Source of the DNA: Candidatus Methanosuratincola verstraetei
GTDB taxonomy: Archaea; Thermoproteota; Methanomethylicia; Methanomethylicales; Methanomethylicaceae
Reading direction: 5' to 3'
Length of the DNA: 64,000 nt
NCBI GenBank assembly: GCA_049570475.1
Contig: CP186953.1
Location: 967,658-1,031,657 of the forward strand
The notes under the pieces were generated by a model. The model did not search any database, had not been told where the DNA came from, and saw only the letters and a list, made by a program, of their open reading frames with translations. Positions within the stretch are counted from its first letter, which is position 1. Every line of letters begins with the position of its first letter. Shown here one piece after another: positions 39,884-49,398 of this stretch. The translations under genes were made by a program, and so were the position numbers.

Positions 39884-39960
39884 TGGAGCCCTAGGGGGGG
39901 TTTGAACCCCCGACCAACGGTTTACAAAACCGTCGCTCTGCCGGGCTGAGCTACTAGGGC
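39884..39960 (-). tRNA. tRNA-Thr(TGT)
   Basis: acceptor GCCCTAG/CTAGGGC, anticodon arm ACGGT-TTTGTAA-ACCGT, T-arm GGGGG-TTCAAAC-CCCCC, CCA encoded. Confidence 0.85.
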
Positions 39961-40100
39961 GAAATCTGGCATCTCGGATTATTCCGGAATATGGTTTAAA
40001 AATATTCCTGTGCCTGTTTCCCCGGATCCGCTTTTGGTGCCTGCTGTTTAGCCAGAATCAGAAGGATTAAAATAGCCGATTGTTGTAAAAAACTCCAATG

Positions 40101-40206
40101 CCGGGGTGGCTCAGGCTGGCTAGAGCGCCGGACTCATAATCTAAGACCTGGACAAGGCGCTCGATGGGAGATCCGGAAATCGCGGGTTCGAGTCCCGTCC
40201 CCGGCA
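40101..40206 (+). tRNA. tRNA-Met/Ile2 (CAT anticodon) with 32-nt intron; CCA not encoded
   Basis: GCCGGGGTGGCTCAGGCTGGCTAGAGC, anticodon loop CTCATA|A, stem CCGGA/TCCGG split by intron, T-arm GCGGG-TTCGAGT-CCCGT. Confidence 0.7.
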
Positions 40207-40221
40207 CTACTGCGAATCATT

Positions 40222-40908
40222 TCAGCTCCTGCTGAGGATCCTGACCCCCGCGCCGTCCCCAAGGTATGCGCAGTGTGCCAGCCCGACGAAGAGGCCCACC
40301 TCGACCACGCCTGGGACCATCTTGATCTCTATCTCGAGCGCTCTGGGGTCTATGATCTCCTTGAATGAAGCATCGACTATGAAGTTCCCGTTGTCGGTCA
40401 CTAGCGGGCCGTCTTTCCTGTCCCCGCCGTCCCTTAGCCTTGGTTCGCCACCCATCACGGCGATGGCGCGCATTACCTTAGCCCTCGCGAACGGCAGGAC
40501 TTCCACCGGAAGCGGGAACTTCCCTATCCTCTCGACCAGCTTTGAGCTGTCCGCTATCACCACGAACCTCTTCGCAGATGAGTCGACGACTTTCTCCTTG
40601 GTCAGGGCCGCCCCCCCTCCTTTTATCAGGTTCAGATTGGGGTCGATCTCGTCGGTCCCGTCCACAGCAAGGTCCAGGGTTGGGTGCTCATCGAGCGTGC
40701 TCAGGCGAAGCCCATTCTCGACCGCTAGGTACGCCGACTGGTAGGATGTCGGGACGCAAATCAAATCCAGGCCCTCTTCCTTGACCCTCTTGCCAAGCAG
40801 CCCTATGAAGACCGCAACGGTGGATCCCGTCCCGATCCCGAGCACCTGCCCGTCCGACACTTCTTTCAAAGCTGCCTCAGCAGCCCTCAATTTGCCAACT
40901 GACGCCAT
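40222..40908 (-). CDS. rpiA: ribose-5-phosphate isomerase A
   Basis: RpiA N-terminal motif VLGIGTGSTV and conserved DGADE-type core. Confidence 0.85.
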   Translation of the reverse strand: MASVGKLRAAEAALKEVSDGQVLGIGTGSTVAVFIGLLGKRVKEEGLDLICVPTSYQSAYLAVENGLRLSTLDEHPTLDLAVDGTDEIDPNLNLIKGGGAALTKEKVVDSSAKRFVVIADSSKLVERIGKFPLPVEVLPFARAKVMRAIAVMGGEPRLRDGGDRKDGPLVTDNGNFIVDASFKEIIDPRALEIEIKMVPGVVEVGLFVGLAHCAYLGDGAGVRILSRS

Positions 40909-41033
40909 ACGTTGATCAATCCAAAAGTGATCGGTTGGTGTATTTAACCCTAAATTGGATTCTCAGCCTTTTTCCAGCAGCGTGGATAGAACTCATTCCA
41001 GGGATAAGTTGAAATTAAAAAAAACAATTGAGC

Positions 41034-41417
41034 TTACTCGATTCCTATCCTCTTGGTTATCTTTACCAACACGAAGATCACGAAGGCAACGATTATGAAT
41101 GTTATCACCGCAACCAAGAAGTTCCCGACGCGGAATATCTGGCTGCCCACGGCCACTTCAAGCGTCGCGAGATCGGACATCCCTGGCAGAGCCAGCCCTA
41201 TCAGTGGCATCAATATGTCCTTGACAAGCGACTGCGTCAATGCACCCAAGTACAAGCCGAGGATGAATGCAACTGCCAGCCCCATGACCTTGTAATTCTT
41301 TATGAACTCCTTGAACTCGTTGATAAGGCCCTTGGGTGGCGGCGGCGGTGGCGGTGCAGGCTTGGGTTCAAGAAGCTTCCTTATTTGTCTCAATTCTTCC
41401 AGCATTTCATCTGCCAA
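41034..41417 (-). CDS. mscL: large-conductance mechanosensitive channel
   Basis: MscL signature EFKEFI...G.AVAFILG...[12 protein letters not shown], two TM helices, Pro-rich linker. Confidence 0.75.
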   Translation of the reverse strand: MADEMLEELRQIRKLLEPKPAPPPPPPPKGLINEFKEFIKNYKVMGLAVAFILGLYLGALTQSLVKDILMPLIGLALPGMSDLATLEVAVGSQIFRVGNFLVAVITFIIVAFVIFVLVKITKRIGIE

Positions 41418-41484
41418 ACGAATCCCCCCAAATCCTCTAGGTTTATTATTGTGGCTTCACATTAATAATGCCTGTGCATTGGCT

Positions 41485-41940
41485 ATGGCAATCGAGATCG
41501 CAACCTTTGGGATGGGTTGCTTCTGGGGCGCCGAGCACACGTTCAGGAAGGTCAACGGCGTGGTATCGACGGTCGTGGGCTACATGGGCGGGAGCTTGGA
41601 GGACCCGACATACAAGGACGTCTGCACTGGGAAGACCGGGCACGCTGAGGTCGTTCAGGTCTTCTACGACCCTGAGAAGGTCTCCTACGAGCAGCTCCTG
41701 GAAGTCTTTTGGGAAAACCACGACCCAACGACGCTCAACCGGCAGGGGCCCGACGTTGGCAGCCAGTACCGTTCAGTGATCTTTTACCACACCCCTCAGC
41801 AGAGGGAGGCTGCATTGAAGATGAAAAACCAGCTTGAGCGTTCTGGCAGGTTCGGAAGGCCCATAGTAACCGAGATCGTGCCCGCAGCCAAGTTCTACAG
41901 GGCGGAAGAGTACCACCAGAAGTACTTAGATAGGCACTGA
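41485..41940 (+). CDS. msrA: peptide methionine sulfoxide reductase MsrA
   Basis: GCFWG active-site motif ([18 protein letters not shown]); start chosen at that Met. Confidence 0.85.
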   Translation: MAIEIATFGMGCFWGAEHTFRKVNGVVSTVVGYMGGSLEDPTYKDVCTGKTGHAEVVQVFYDPEKVSYEQLLEVFWENHDPTTLNRQGPDVGSQYRSVIFYHTPQQREAALKMKNQLERSGRFGRPIVTEIVPAAKFYRAEEYHQKYLDRH

Positions 41941-41954
41941 TCCAGCAATTATTA

Positions 41955-41972
41955 ATTGTTTTTTTATTTAAC
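41955..41972 (+). terminator. T-rich tract downstream of msrA
   Basis: TTGTTTTTTTATTT after the stop codon. Confidence 0.25.
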
Positions 41973-42645
41973 AATTAAACAGTAATCCAAAAAATAAAAA
42001 AAGTTTTTATCCCTTCTCTTGGAAGTATTAATCGGGGGCTGGTCAGGAACCTGGCCGGCTAGTGGGTGTGGGGCAGTTTAAAGTGAGGTTCAAATTCATA
42101 CGTGAGACTGGGACTTATGTTGACATATACTTCATGTCCCAGTGTGCAACAGGTCAGGATCAACGGACAGCATATGAAATGTCATTCCTCGAGGCGTGAA
42201 CCTGGGATTTTGCTGGCATTCTGATCCTAACTCAGCACAGTTTTTATCAGTTGTTACTGCATTCCATTAATCGGACCGGTCGTTTCATATGGACATTCTG
42301 AGGCTCGTGATGATCTCTGCCTTTCTCTTCATACTGTTGCTCTTTGTGAGCGGGACAATTGAGCGGCCTGAGATCGGGGTGCCGTCTTTCATTGCAGGTT
42401 TCGCTTGCGCACTCCTGTTGCTAAAGATCTTGCGGAGATGAATGCAGGTCTCGGCGCCATTTGGGCGCCTGCATCCAAGTGAGGTTAGTGAACCTGGCTT
42501 CGGCCGCACGGCATTTTGCATAGTGGTTCTCAAAAACTCAATCGCCCAATCTGCCAAATTCCGTTCCACGAAGCTTTTTTTATTGACTTGGCCGAGAGAC
42601 GCCTGCTAGGCCTGCAGAAAATGTGTTGCCAACCAAAATGCCAAA

Positions 42646-42722
42646 TGGAGCCTTAGGGGGGATTTGAACCCCCGACCAACGGTTTACGAAACCGTCGCTC
42701 TGCCGGGCTGAGCCACTAAGGC
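42646..42722 (-). tRNA. tRNA-Thr(CGT)
   Basis: about 93% identical to the tRNA-Thr at 39884; anticodon loop TTCGTAA. Confidence 0.85.
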
Positions 42723-42804
42723 GTTCCCATCGGTCTAAAGCAATGCCAAAAAATAAATCCTTTTCCATACTTCTTGTAAGCGCAGATTCTCTGGAGGCTT
42801 CTGG

Positions 42805-43812
42805 ATGGCGCGTCCGCGTGCAGGAGACATCGGGGAGAGGGGTCTGATCGAGATGATCTGGGATCTGGTCGACCGGGAGCTCCCGGGCTCGAAATCCGGA
42901 AGCGCGCTGCCTCACCCCGACGACGCCTCTGCTGTAACCCTGCCAGACGGCCGTTACCTTGTCCTCAAGACTGACATGTTCGTTAGGAGGACCGATGCCC
43001 CTCGGGGGATGCGCCACTCCCAGATGGGGAGGAAGTCGGTCGTGATGTGCGCGAGCGACCTCGCAGCCAAGGGTGCAAAGCCGCACGCGTTCATGCATTC
43101 GATGGGGATCCCGCCGGGCTACCGTCCAGGTAGAGTTATGGAGCTTATGCGAGGGGTGCTCTCCGCCTGCAAAGATTATGGGATGTCTTTCCTCGGGGGG
43201 GACTTGGGCGAGTCCAAAGACCTCATTGTGGCGGGCGTCGCGGTAGGATTTGCCGACAGAATCGTGAGGAGATCCGGAGCCCTTCCGGGCGACCTCTTGG
43301 CAGTGACTGGGCCATTCGGCGATACCGCTTCGGCATTCGAGATCCTCCTGAAAGGCAGGTCAGCCCCCGCGCCTCTCAGGAGAAGGCTGCTGAGGAGTGT
43401 CTACCATCCGAGGGCAAGGGTTGATCTGGGGGTCGCACTAGCCGGTACCGGGGCTGTGACCTCTTCGATGGACTCGAGCGACGGGCTTGCCTTCACCCTC
43501 CACGAGCTTGCAAGATCCAGCGGGGTCCGCCTCCTGCTCTCCAAGGTCCCAGTCTCCAGCGCTGCCGAGGAGTTTGCCTCTATCCACCAGATCCCTGCTG
43601 AGGATCTTGCGCTCTACGGCGGAGAGGAATACGAGATCGTCCTCACGATCAAGCCGGAGGCGCTTGACATGGCTCAGTTGGCTGCTGCGAGATGCGGGTC
43701 CCGCCTCCTGCTCATAGGCAGGGTTGAGGAGGGGAGAGGAGTCGCCTTGAGCGACGGATCCGTGGAGCGCCCCATCGAGGCTAAGGGATGGGAACACCTG
43801 AGGCATCCGTAG
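42805..43812 (+). CDS. thiL: thiamine-monophosphate kinase (PurM/AIR-synthase-like fold)
   Basis: ThiL-like N-terminus (GERGLIEMIWDL...DDASAV) and PurM-type domains. Confidence 0.55.
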   Translation: MARPRAGDIGERGLIEMIWDLVDRELPGSKSGSALPHPDDASAVTLPDGRYLVLKTDMFVRRTDAPRGMRHSQMGRKSVVMCASDLAAKGAKPHAFMHSMGIPPGYRPGRVMELMRGVLSACKDYGMSFLGGDLGESKDLIVAGVAVGFADRIVRRSGALPGDLLAVTGPFGDTASAFEILLKGRSAPAPLRRRLLRSVYHPRARVDLGVALAGTGAVTSSMDSSDGLAFTLHELARSSGVRLLLSKVPVSSAAEEFASIHQIPAEDLALYGGEEYEIVLTIKPEALDMAQLAAARCGSRLLLIGRVEEGRGVALSDGSVERPIEAKGWEHLRHP

Positions 43813-43827
43813 GGGCTGTCTGGCAAG

Positions 43828-45531
43828 ATGCGCGTCCTCATAATTGACGGGTACACCGACGAGCCTGCTGGGCTGGGCGTACCGCCTTTCATAGACATCT
43901 ACCCCAGGTACGTTGCCGGCGCGGTATGGGCTGCCGAACCCGGTGCCGAAGTCCTCTACGTGACGATAGATGAGGCCAGGCTGGACCCTGATAAGCTCAA
44001 AAGCTTGTCTTTCTCCTCGGATCTCTCTGTCCTCATAGCCGGGGTGACTGTTCCGGGCAAGTACCTCTCAGGGGCCCCTGCAACCCACAACGACGCGGTC
44101 CGGATCCCTGGGCTGCTCGGCTCCAAATATAAAGCGATATGCGGTCCAGCTGTGCGATTCGGCTTTGGTCGGGGCGGTTGCAGCAGGAGCGTCGCAAGGG
44201 ACCTCTCCGACCTCTACGACTTTGTGATCACCGGGGATCCCGAGGTTGTCTTGCATCGCCTTGTAAAGGAGAACTTCAGCGAGCGGGTGGACCTCGACTC
44301 AGTCCGAGACAGCGCGGGCAGTTCGGACGCCTTTGCCGAGCGCGGTGCCAGGATTATCAGGCAGCACCCGTTCTTCCCGGACGGGCTGGTCTGCGAGATT
44401 GAGACCTACCGGGGCTGCCCGAGGTCTGTTCTAGGGGGGTGCTCCTTCTGCACCGAGCCGCTCCACGGCTACCCTGAGTTCAGGACCGTGAGGGGGATCG
44501 CCCGCGAGGTGGCTGCCCTCCACTCCGAGGGGGCTGTCAACTTCAGGATCGGGAGGCAGCCTGACCTTCTCGTTTATGGATCGAGGGACAAGGGTCTCGC
44601 ATGCCCTGCGCCGAACCCTTCGGCATTACGCCGGCTCTTCTCCTCGATCCGGCGTGCTGCCCCATCCCTCCGGGTCCTCCACATTGACAATTGCAACCCT
44701 GCCACGATAGCAGAGCACCCCGAGCTCTCTGAGGAGGCGCTAAAGGAGGTCGTGAAGTACCACACGCCCGGTGACACAGCCGCGCTGGGCATAGAGTCTG
44801 TTGACGAGGAGGTCATCAGGAGGAACAACCTGAAGGTCGATTACGAGGGTGCAATGAGGGCGATCTCTCTGATAAACCGTATCGGGGCGGAGAGGGGTGA
44901 GAACGGAATGCCACACCTCCTCCCCGGGCTAAATTTCGTCTATGGCCTGCCGGGGGAAACCAAAAAAACATACGAAGAGAACTTCGAGTTCATGAAGGAA
45001 GCGCTGGACTCAGGGCTGCTCTTCAGGCGCGTAAACCTGAGGCAGGTGATGGTCATGCCCTCGACGAGGATGGAGTCAGCTGGCGACTACCTGGTCAGGA
45101 GGCACCGCCACCTCTTCCTCTCCCACAAGCTCAAGGTGAGGCAAGAGATCGACCTCCCCATGATGAAGCGCGTCGTTCCCGCATTCACCGTCCTAAGGTC
45201 AGTCCGGACAGAGCTCGTCCAGGGCGGCATGACTTGGGGGCGCCAGGTAGGGTCATACCCCGTGCTCGTAGGGATACCGCGGCAGCTCGAGGTGGGGCGA
45301 TTCATAGATGTCTTGGTGCTCTCGCATGGTCCGAGGTCAGTCGGGGGGCTGCGGTCCCCGGTCCGGATAAACGAGCTCGAGCTGAGGGAGCTCGAGGGGA
45401 TACCTGGGGTGGGCGCGAGGAGGGCTGCATCGATAGTGCTGAGCCGCCCCTTCAAAGATCTCGAGTCCTTCATGAAAATGTTTGGCGATGTCCCAGAGCT
45501 CGCTCGGATTGCGCAATTCATCGAGTTCTGA
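43828..45531 (+). CDS. radical SAM domain protein with N-terminal B12-binding-like domain and C-terminal HhH
   Basis: Cys cluster ETYRGCPRSVLGGCSFC in a radical-SAM-like context; C-terminal GIPGVGARRAASIV helix-hairpin-helix. Confidence 0.55.
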   Translation: MRVLIIDGYTDEPAGLGVPPFIDIYPRYVAGAVWAAEPGAEVLYVTIDEARLDPDKLKSLSFSSDLSVLIAGVTVPGKYLSGAPATHNDAVRIPGLLGSKYKAICGPAVRFGFGRGGCSRSVARDLSDLYDFVITGDPEVVLHRLVKENFSERVDLDSVRDSAGSSDAFAERGARIIRQHPFFPDGLVCEIETYRGCPRSVLGGCSFCTEPLHGYPEFRTVRGIAREVAALHSEGAVNFRIGRQPDLLVYGSRDKGLACPAPNPSALRRLFSSIRRAAPSLRVLHIDNCNPATIAEHPELSEEALKEVVKYHTPGDTAALGIESVDEEVIRRNNLKVDYEGAMRAISLINRIGAERGENGMPHLLPGLNFVYGLPGETKKTYEENFEFMKEALDSGLLFRRVNLRQVMVMPSTRMESAGDYLVRRHRHLFLSHKLKVRQEIDLPMMKRVVPAFTVLRSVRTELVQGGMTWGRQVGSYPVLVGIPRQLEVGRFIDVLVLSHGPRSVGGLRSPVRINELELRELEGIPGVGARRAASIVLSRPFKDLESFMKMFGDVPELARIAQFIEF

Positions 45532-45570
45532 GACAAAACCCTTTAATCCGATGCAGTCAACTCATTACCT

Positions 45571-46026
45571 ATGGAGATCAAGAAAATACTCGCGCCTGTG
45601 GACGGGTCGCCTGCTACCAGAATGGTTATTGAGTGGGCGTGCCACTTCGCGAAGACATTCGGATCCGAGCTGCTACTGCTCCACGTTGTCTCGATCCCGC
45701 CGGTCTCGGACGTGGGAGGGATCCAGGTCGCAGCCAAGGAGCTGGAGGAGGCAGGGCAGTCGATACTCAACAGCGCCGTTAAGGCTGCCGAGGAGAGGTC
45801 CGTGGTACCGACCGCAATACTCGATTTCTCAGTCGGGAACGCGGGGATGCGCATCGTCCAGCTGGCGAAGGAGAAGTCCGCTGACATGATCGTGATAGGC
45901 GCACGTGGGCAGAGCAGGATTCGGGCGCTGCTGATGGGGAGCGTCGCCAACAGCGTGGTGAACAACGCCCCATGCCCCGTCTTCGTCGTGAGGCCATGCG
46001 TAGATCAGGAGACATCCGGGCAATAG
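45571..46026 (+). CDS. universal stress protein UspA family
   Basis: UspA fold motifs (ILAPVDGS..., GARGQSRIRALLMGSVANSVVNNAPCPVFVV). Confidence 0.8.
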   Translation: MEIKKILAPVDGSPATRMVIEWACHFAKTFGSELLLLHVVSIPPVSDVGGIQVAAKELEEAGQSILNSAVKAAEERSVVPTAILDFSVGNAGMRIVQLAKEKSADMIVIGARGQSRIRALLMGSVANSVVNNAPCPVFVVRPCVDQETSGQ

Positions 46027-46039
46027 GCGGGTTTTCTGC

Positions 46040-46807
46040 TTGGATCTCGCGCAAGCTGCCTTGTTGGGCATAGTCCAGGGAATAACTGAGTGGCTCCCGA
46101 TCTCAAGCTCCGGGCACCTCGTGCTCCTCCAGGAGATGATGGGGGTTAGGGCACCGCTCTCCTTCGATCTCGTCCTCCACCTCGGGACGCTGGTGGCAGT
46201 CTGCGCATACTTCAGGAAGGAACTGGTCGGGATTGCCCGTCCCGTCCTGGCATTGGAGACCAAGTCGGAGGGATTCAAAACCGCGGTGCTTATCGCAATA
46301 GGCACGGTGCCTGCCTTCTTGGCAGGCTTCCTGCTGAGCGACCTATTCGAGGGCCTCTTCCAGAGCCTCTTCGCTGTGGGCATAGGCTTCCTCATCACTG
46401 CGTCTTTCTTGGCGCTCACGAGGATCGGCAAAGGGAAAAGGGAAGTGGACGGATCGAGGGCCCTGCTGATAGGTGCTTTCCAGGCTGCTGCGATCGCACC
46501 GGGCGTCTCTAGGAGCGGCATGACCATTTCCTCGGCGCTCATTTCCGGTGTCGAGAAGGGTTCCGCCTTCAGGTTCTCCTTCCTCTTATCGATCCCCGTG
46601 ATCCTGGGCGCATCCGTATTCGAGCTTCTAGGGAGCCCGATTGAGTCGTTCGGATTTGAATACATGGTCGGTTTCTCGGTTTCTGCCCTTGTCGGGTTCG
46701 CCTCCATTGGGGTGGTGAAGCGGACAGTCCTCTCGGATCGTTTCTACCTGTTCTCAGTCTACTGCGCAGTGCTAGGCGTCGCTCTTCTGATATATGCGCT
46801 GGCTTGA
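46040..46807 (+). CDS. uppP: undecaprenyl-diphosphatase
   Basis: BacA/UppP motif ITEWLPISSSGHL, 8 TM. Confidence 0.85.
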   Translation: MDLAQAALLGIVQGITEWLPISSSGHLVLLQEMMGVRAPLSFDLVLHLGTLVAVCAYFRKELVGIARPVLALETKSEGFKTAVLIAIGTVPAFLAGFLLSDLFEGLFQSLFAVGIGFLITASFLALTRIGKGKREVDGSRALLIGAFQAAAIAPGVSRSGMTISSALISGVEKGSAFRFSFLLSIPVILGASVFELLGSPIESFGFEYMVGFSVSALVGFASIGVVKRTVLSDRFYLFSVYCAVLGVALLIYALA

Positions 46808-46886
46808 ATCATTAAAAATTGAATTGTTGTATGTCCGAAAGAGCTCCACTGCTTTGGCGGGGCTAGGAGAGTATTTCAGTTGCTGG

Positions 46887-47216
46887 TCAGACCCTGTGCA
46901 GCTCGAGCTTCCTTCCCTCGAAGAAAGCTGAGATCATCTTCTCCTTCCCGCTCTCAACCAGCCGCCAGATCGTGTTCCTGGATACCCCCATAATCATGCC
47001 CGCCTCATCATAAGAGAGCTTCTCAAGCTCCACCAGCCGCATAGCCTCGAGCTCAGCTAGGTCGAGCTCGATCGGGGGCGCCCTCTCGCCTGGAACTGGA
47101 ACCAGCGCCTCTGCCTCCGGGACCTTGGCGATGTTGACGTTCTTCGGTCTCCTCCCTACGCAACCCCTCCTGCATCGTTCGCAGAAACCCCGCGGCATGA
47201 ATATGTGATCTATCAC
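46887..47216 (-). CDS. DUF134/UPF0251 predicted DNA-binding protein
   Basis: Cys-rich N-terminus (CERCRRGC) plus sigma-70 region-4-like HTH (SYDEAGMIMGVSRNTIWRL). Confidence 0.5.
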   Translation of the reverse strand: MIDHIFMPRGFCERCRRGCVGRRPKNVNIAKVPEAEALVPVPGERAPPIELDLAELEAMRLVELEKLSYDEAGMIMGVSRNTIWRLVESGKEKMISAFFEGRKLELHRV

Positions 47217-47243
47217 ACAACTATAAATCGCTTATGGAAAAAA

Positions 47244-47648
47244 TCATGGGTAGGAGATCTTGTGCTTCACGACCGTGCCCCTGTCAGTCAACAGGTACAG
47301 GAAGTAGTCTGCCCCCTCCGGATCTAGGCTGAACCCGACGGGGATGTAGGACTGGGAATTGGCTGCGACTTGCCTGAATGGGGAAAATTCTTTCGAGGCG
47401 ACGGTGATGCCTGACTGTATCTTTACCAGACTGGCCGACTTTATGCTTACCTGCTGGTCAAGCGAAGAGGTCACATTGACCCCGACGAGGGTATTGGTTC
47501 TCCTGTTCAGCTCAACACCGCTGACGGTGATCCTGGTCTCCTCCACCAGTGCTGCCTGCTGACCCTTGAGGTAGATCACGGCAGCCGCCGATATGATGAC
47601 CCCTGCAATCACCACCGCGATTATTGCTGCTGCGCGCCTGGAGACCAT
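47244..47648 (-). CDS. membrane-anchored hypothetical protein
   Basis: N-terminal TM helix then beta-rich extracytoplasmic segment. Confidence 0.35.
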   Translation of the reverse strand: MVSRRAAAIIAVVIAGVIISAAAVIYLKGQQAALVEETRITVSGVELNRRTNTLVGVNVTSSLDQQVSIKSASLVKIQSGITVASKEFSPFRQVAANSQSYIPVGFSLDPEGADYFLYLLTDRGTVVKHKISYP

Positions 47649-47659
47649 TCTAATGCCTC

Positions 47660-48451
47660 CTAGTGGAGGAAGGGGCCCCCTGTCAGCACCTGGATTATCG
47701 CCGGTATCAGGGCAACCGTCCCGATTACTGCGAACACTAGGGCGACCGTCACAAGCTTCTTCATCGCTTCGTTCCCCACAGCCTCCATTTCGCTGACCTT
47801 GAGGGTGTAGTGCCTAACCACGAACCCCCAGAGAACGAGCGCGATGGAGAGCCCATAGCTGACTATCACGACTAGGAACATCGGGGCGTCGTGGAACACG
47901 AAACAGTACGGGCATGGCACTGGCGACGTCTCGGTGAATACAGTTCTGCAGCATGGCACAGTCACAGGGCTCACCGTGAAGTAGAAAGCAAGGTCGAGGA
48001 TTGTGTCCAGTAGCAGAAGCGGCACCAGCAGTATGAATATCTTCGAGAGGGACGGAAGCAGCGGGCTCCCCTTGACCCGCCGGTTGAGGAGGTCCAGCAC
48101 AAGCCAGATCCCGTATGCGAAGATCACAACGAGCTTGACCCCTGTGTCTATCCAGGAGTAGGGGCTCCCTGCCTGGCTGACCCCGAACTGGCACATAGCG
48201 CCTGGTATGAGCGGTATCAGGCTCTCGTTCGTCGCCCAGAAGAGCCCGCTCGCGACTATCCTGGAGACGAGTATTACCCAAACAACGGTCGAGAGGAGGT
48301 AGTAGTTCTTCTCGAGGATGTACTTCTCCTCGAGCCCAGCCCTGGAGATCCTCTTGTTGATCGTGTAGGCCTTCCCTGAGGCATAAACGACCAGCGCCAA
48401 GCCAAATATGCCCAGCACTGTCATAACCGTCGTTAGTGGAGTCCAAATCAT
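47660..48451 (-). CDS. polytopic membrane protein with Cys cluster (CC...CPYC)
   Basis: about 7 TM helices; no family assigned. Confidence 0.4.
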   Translation of the reverse strand: MIWTPLTTVMTVLGIFGLALVVYASGKAYTINKRISRAGLEEKYILEKNYYLLSTVVWVILVSRIVASGLFWATNESLIPLIPGAMCQFGVSQAGSPYSWIDTGVKLVVIFAYGIWLVLDLLNRRVKGSPLLPSLSKIFILLVPLLLLDTILDLAFYFTVSPVTVPCCRTVFTETSPVPCPYCFVFHDAPMFLVVIVSYGLSIALVLWGFVVRHYTLKVSEMEAVGNEAMKKLVTVALVFAVIGTVALIPAIIQVLTGGPFLH

Positions 48452-48558
48452 ATCTTACTTCGCCTTCCACTTTTATGATGTTGAGCGTCGTATAAAGGTG
48501 TAGTGCTGGGTCTCTTGGAATTGAACCCTGAAAACAAAGTAGGGAGTGGAAGGTTTAT

Positions 48559-49074
48559 TTGTGGTCAAAAGAATCTATATTTGACCGGAAAATGAGACAG
48601 GTCTCACAACCCCTCAGGGCAATGTTCGTGGTGCTGACTGTGTCGACCGTAGGCGTGGTTGCCCTGCTGGCGGTTTTCCTGAGCGCCCACCCTTACTTCA
48701 GCCCATTCCAGCCCGTCGTGCTTCCTAGGGGATGGATCGATCAGCAGACCTACGTCTCGGAGAACTTCACTATTGTCAAGGGGCAGACCGTCAAGGATAT
48801 CTTCGGCTATGCTGGAGCGGGCGGCCAGTCTATAATGGTTCTCGGAGTCCAACCCCTCGCGATAAGGCAGGTAGGCAACATCGACGTCAAGTTCAATGGG
48901 ATATCCCTCGGCGAGACTTACATAAACCAGACGCTAGTAGTTAACACTTCGATAGCCTCCTGCTGCTTCGTGACGCTCATACAGGCGGGCGTGGACAATG
49001 TCGTCGAGATAACGTCCAAGGGGTTCGAGGGGGACTTCAGGTACCTGATAATAATACCGACGGGGGGGCGTTGA
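48559..49074 (+). CDS. membrane-anchored extracytoplasmic protein, hypothetical
   Basis: TM anchor plus beta-rich domain; upstream of ABC permease. Confidence 0.35.
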   Translation: MWSKESIFDRKMRQVSQPLRAMFVVLTVSTVGVVALLAVFLSAHPYFSPFQPVVLPRGWIDQQTYVSENFTIVKGQTVKDIFGYAGAGGQSIMVLGVQPLAIRQVGNIDVKFNGISLGETYINQTLVVNTSIASCCFVTLIQAGVDNVVEITSKGFEGDFRYLIIIPTGGR

Positions 49075-49398
49075 GTGAGGAGGGTGCTTTTGCTACCTGT
49101 TCTTGCAATCGTCTTGACCGCTGCACTCGTCTCTGTTTCGATCTACAGCGAGAGCCAGTGGTCGATGCGGGAGTACGATAGGGCGCTCCGGGAGGTGGTG
49201 TCTCTCCCGAGCATTGCGATTGGTACGAATTACGAAGGGACGAGGAACCCGCTGATCGAGGTCTTCGTGAGGTCCATGTATGACGTGCCTGGCGGCTACG
49301 ACTACATTGTCTCTTCTAGTTTCATAGACACGCCGACGCGGCTCAGAGATTTCAGGGAGACGATCCCGGGGTTCAATTTCACTGCTGTTAAGGGATGA
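49075..49398 (+). CDS. membrane-anchored hypothetical protein
   Basis: signal/anchor helix; abuts the previous stop codon and overlaps the permease start by 4 nt. Confidence 0.3.
   Translation: MRRVLLLPVLAIVLTAALVSVSIYSESQWSMREYDRALREVVSLPSIAIGTNYEGTRNPLIEVFVRSMYDVPGGYDYIVSSSFIDTPTRLRDFRETIPGFNFTAVKG

Noticed and set aside
42028-42240. Possible SRP (7S) RNA or RNase P RNA in the long intergenic region
   Set aside because: I could not find the conserved helix-8 GGAA/AGCAG motif of SRP RNA or the ACAGAA/GGGCUUA motifs of RNase P by eye. It is kept only as a generic candidate structured region in the findings.
45829-46707. 292-aa minus-strand ORF
   Set aside because: Antisense to uppP and uspA, which have clear motifs; the composition is not protein-like.
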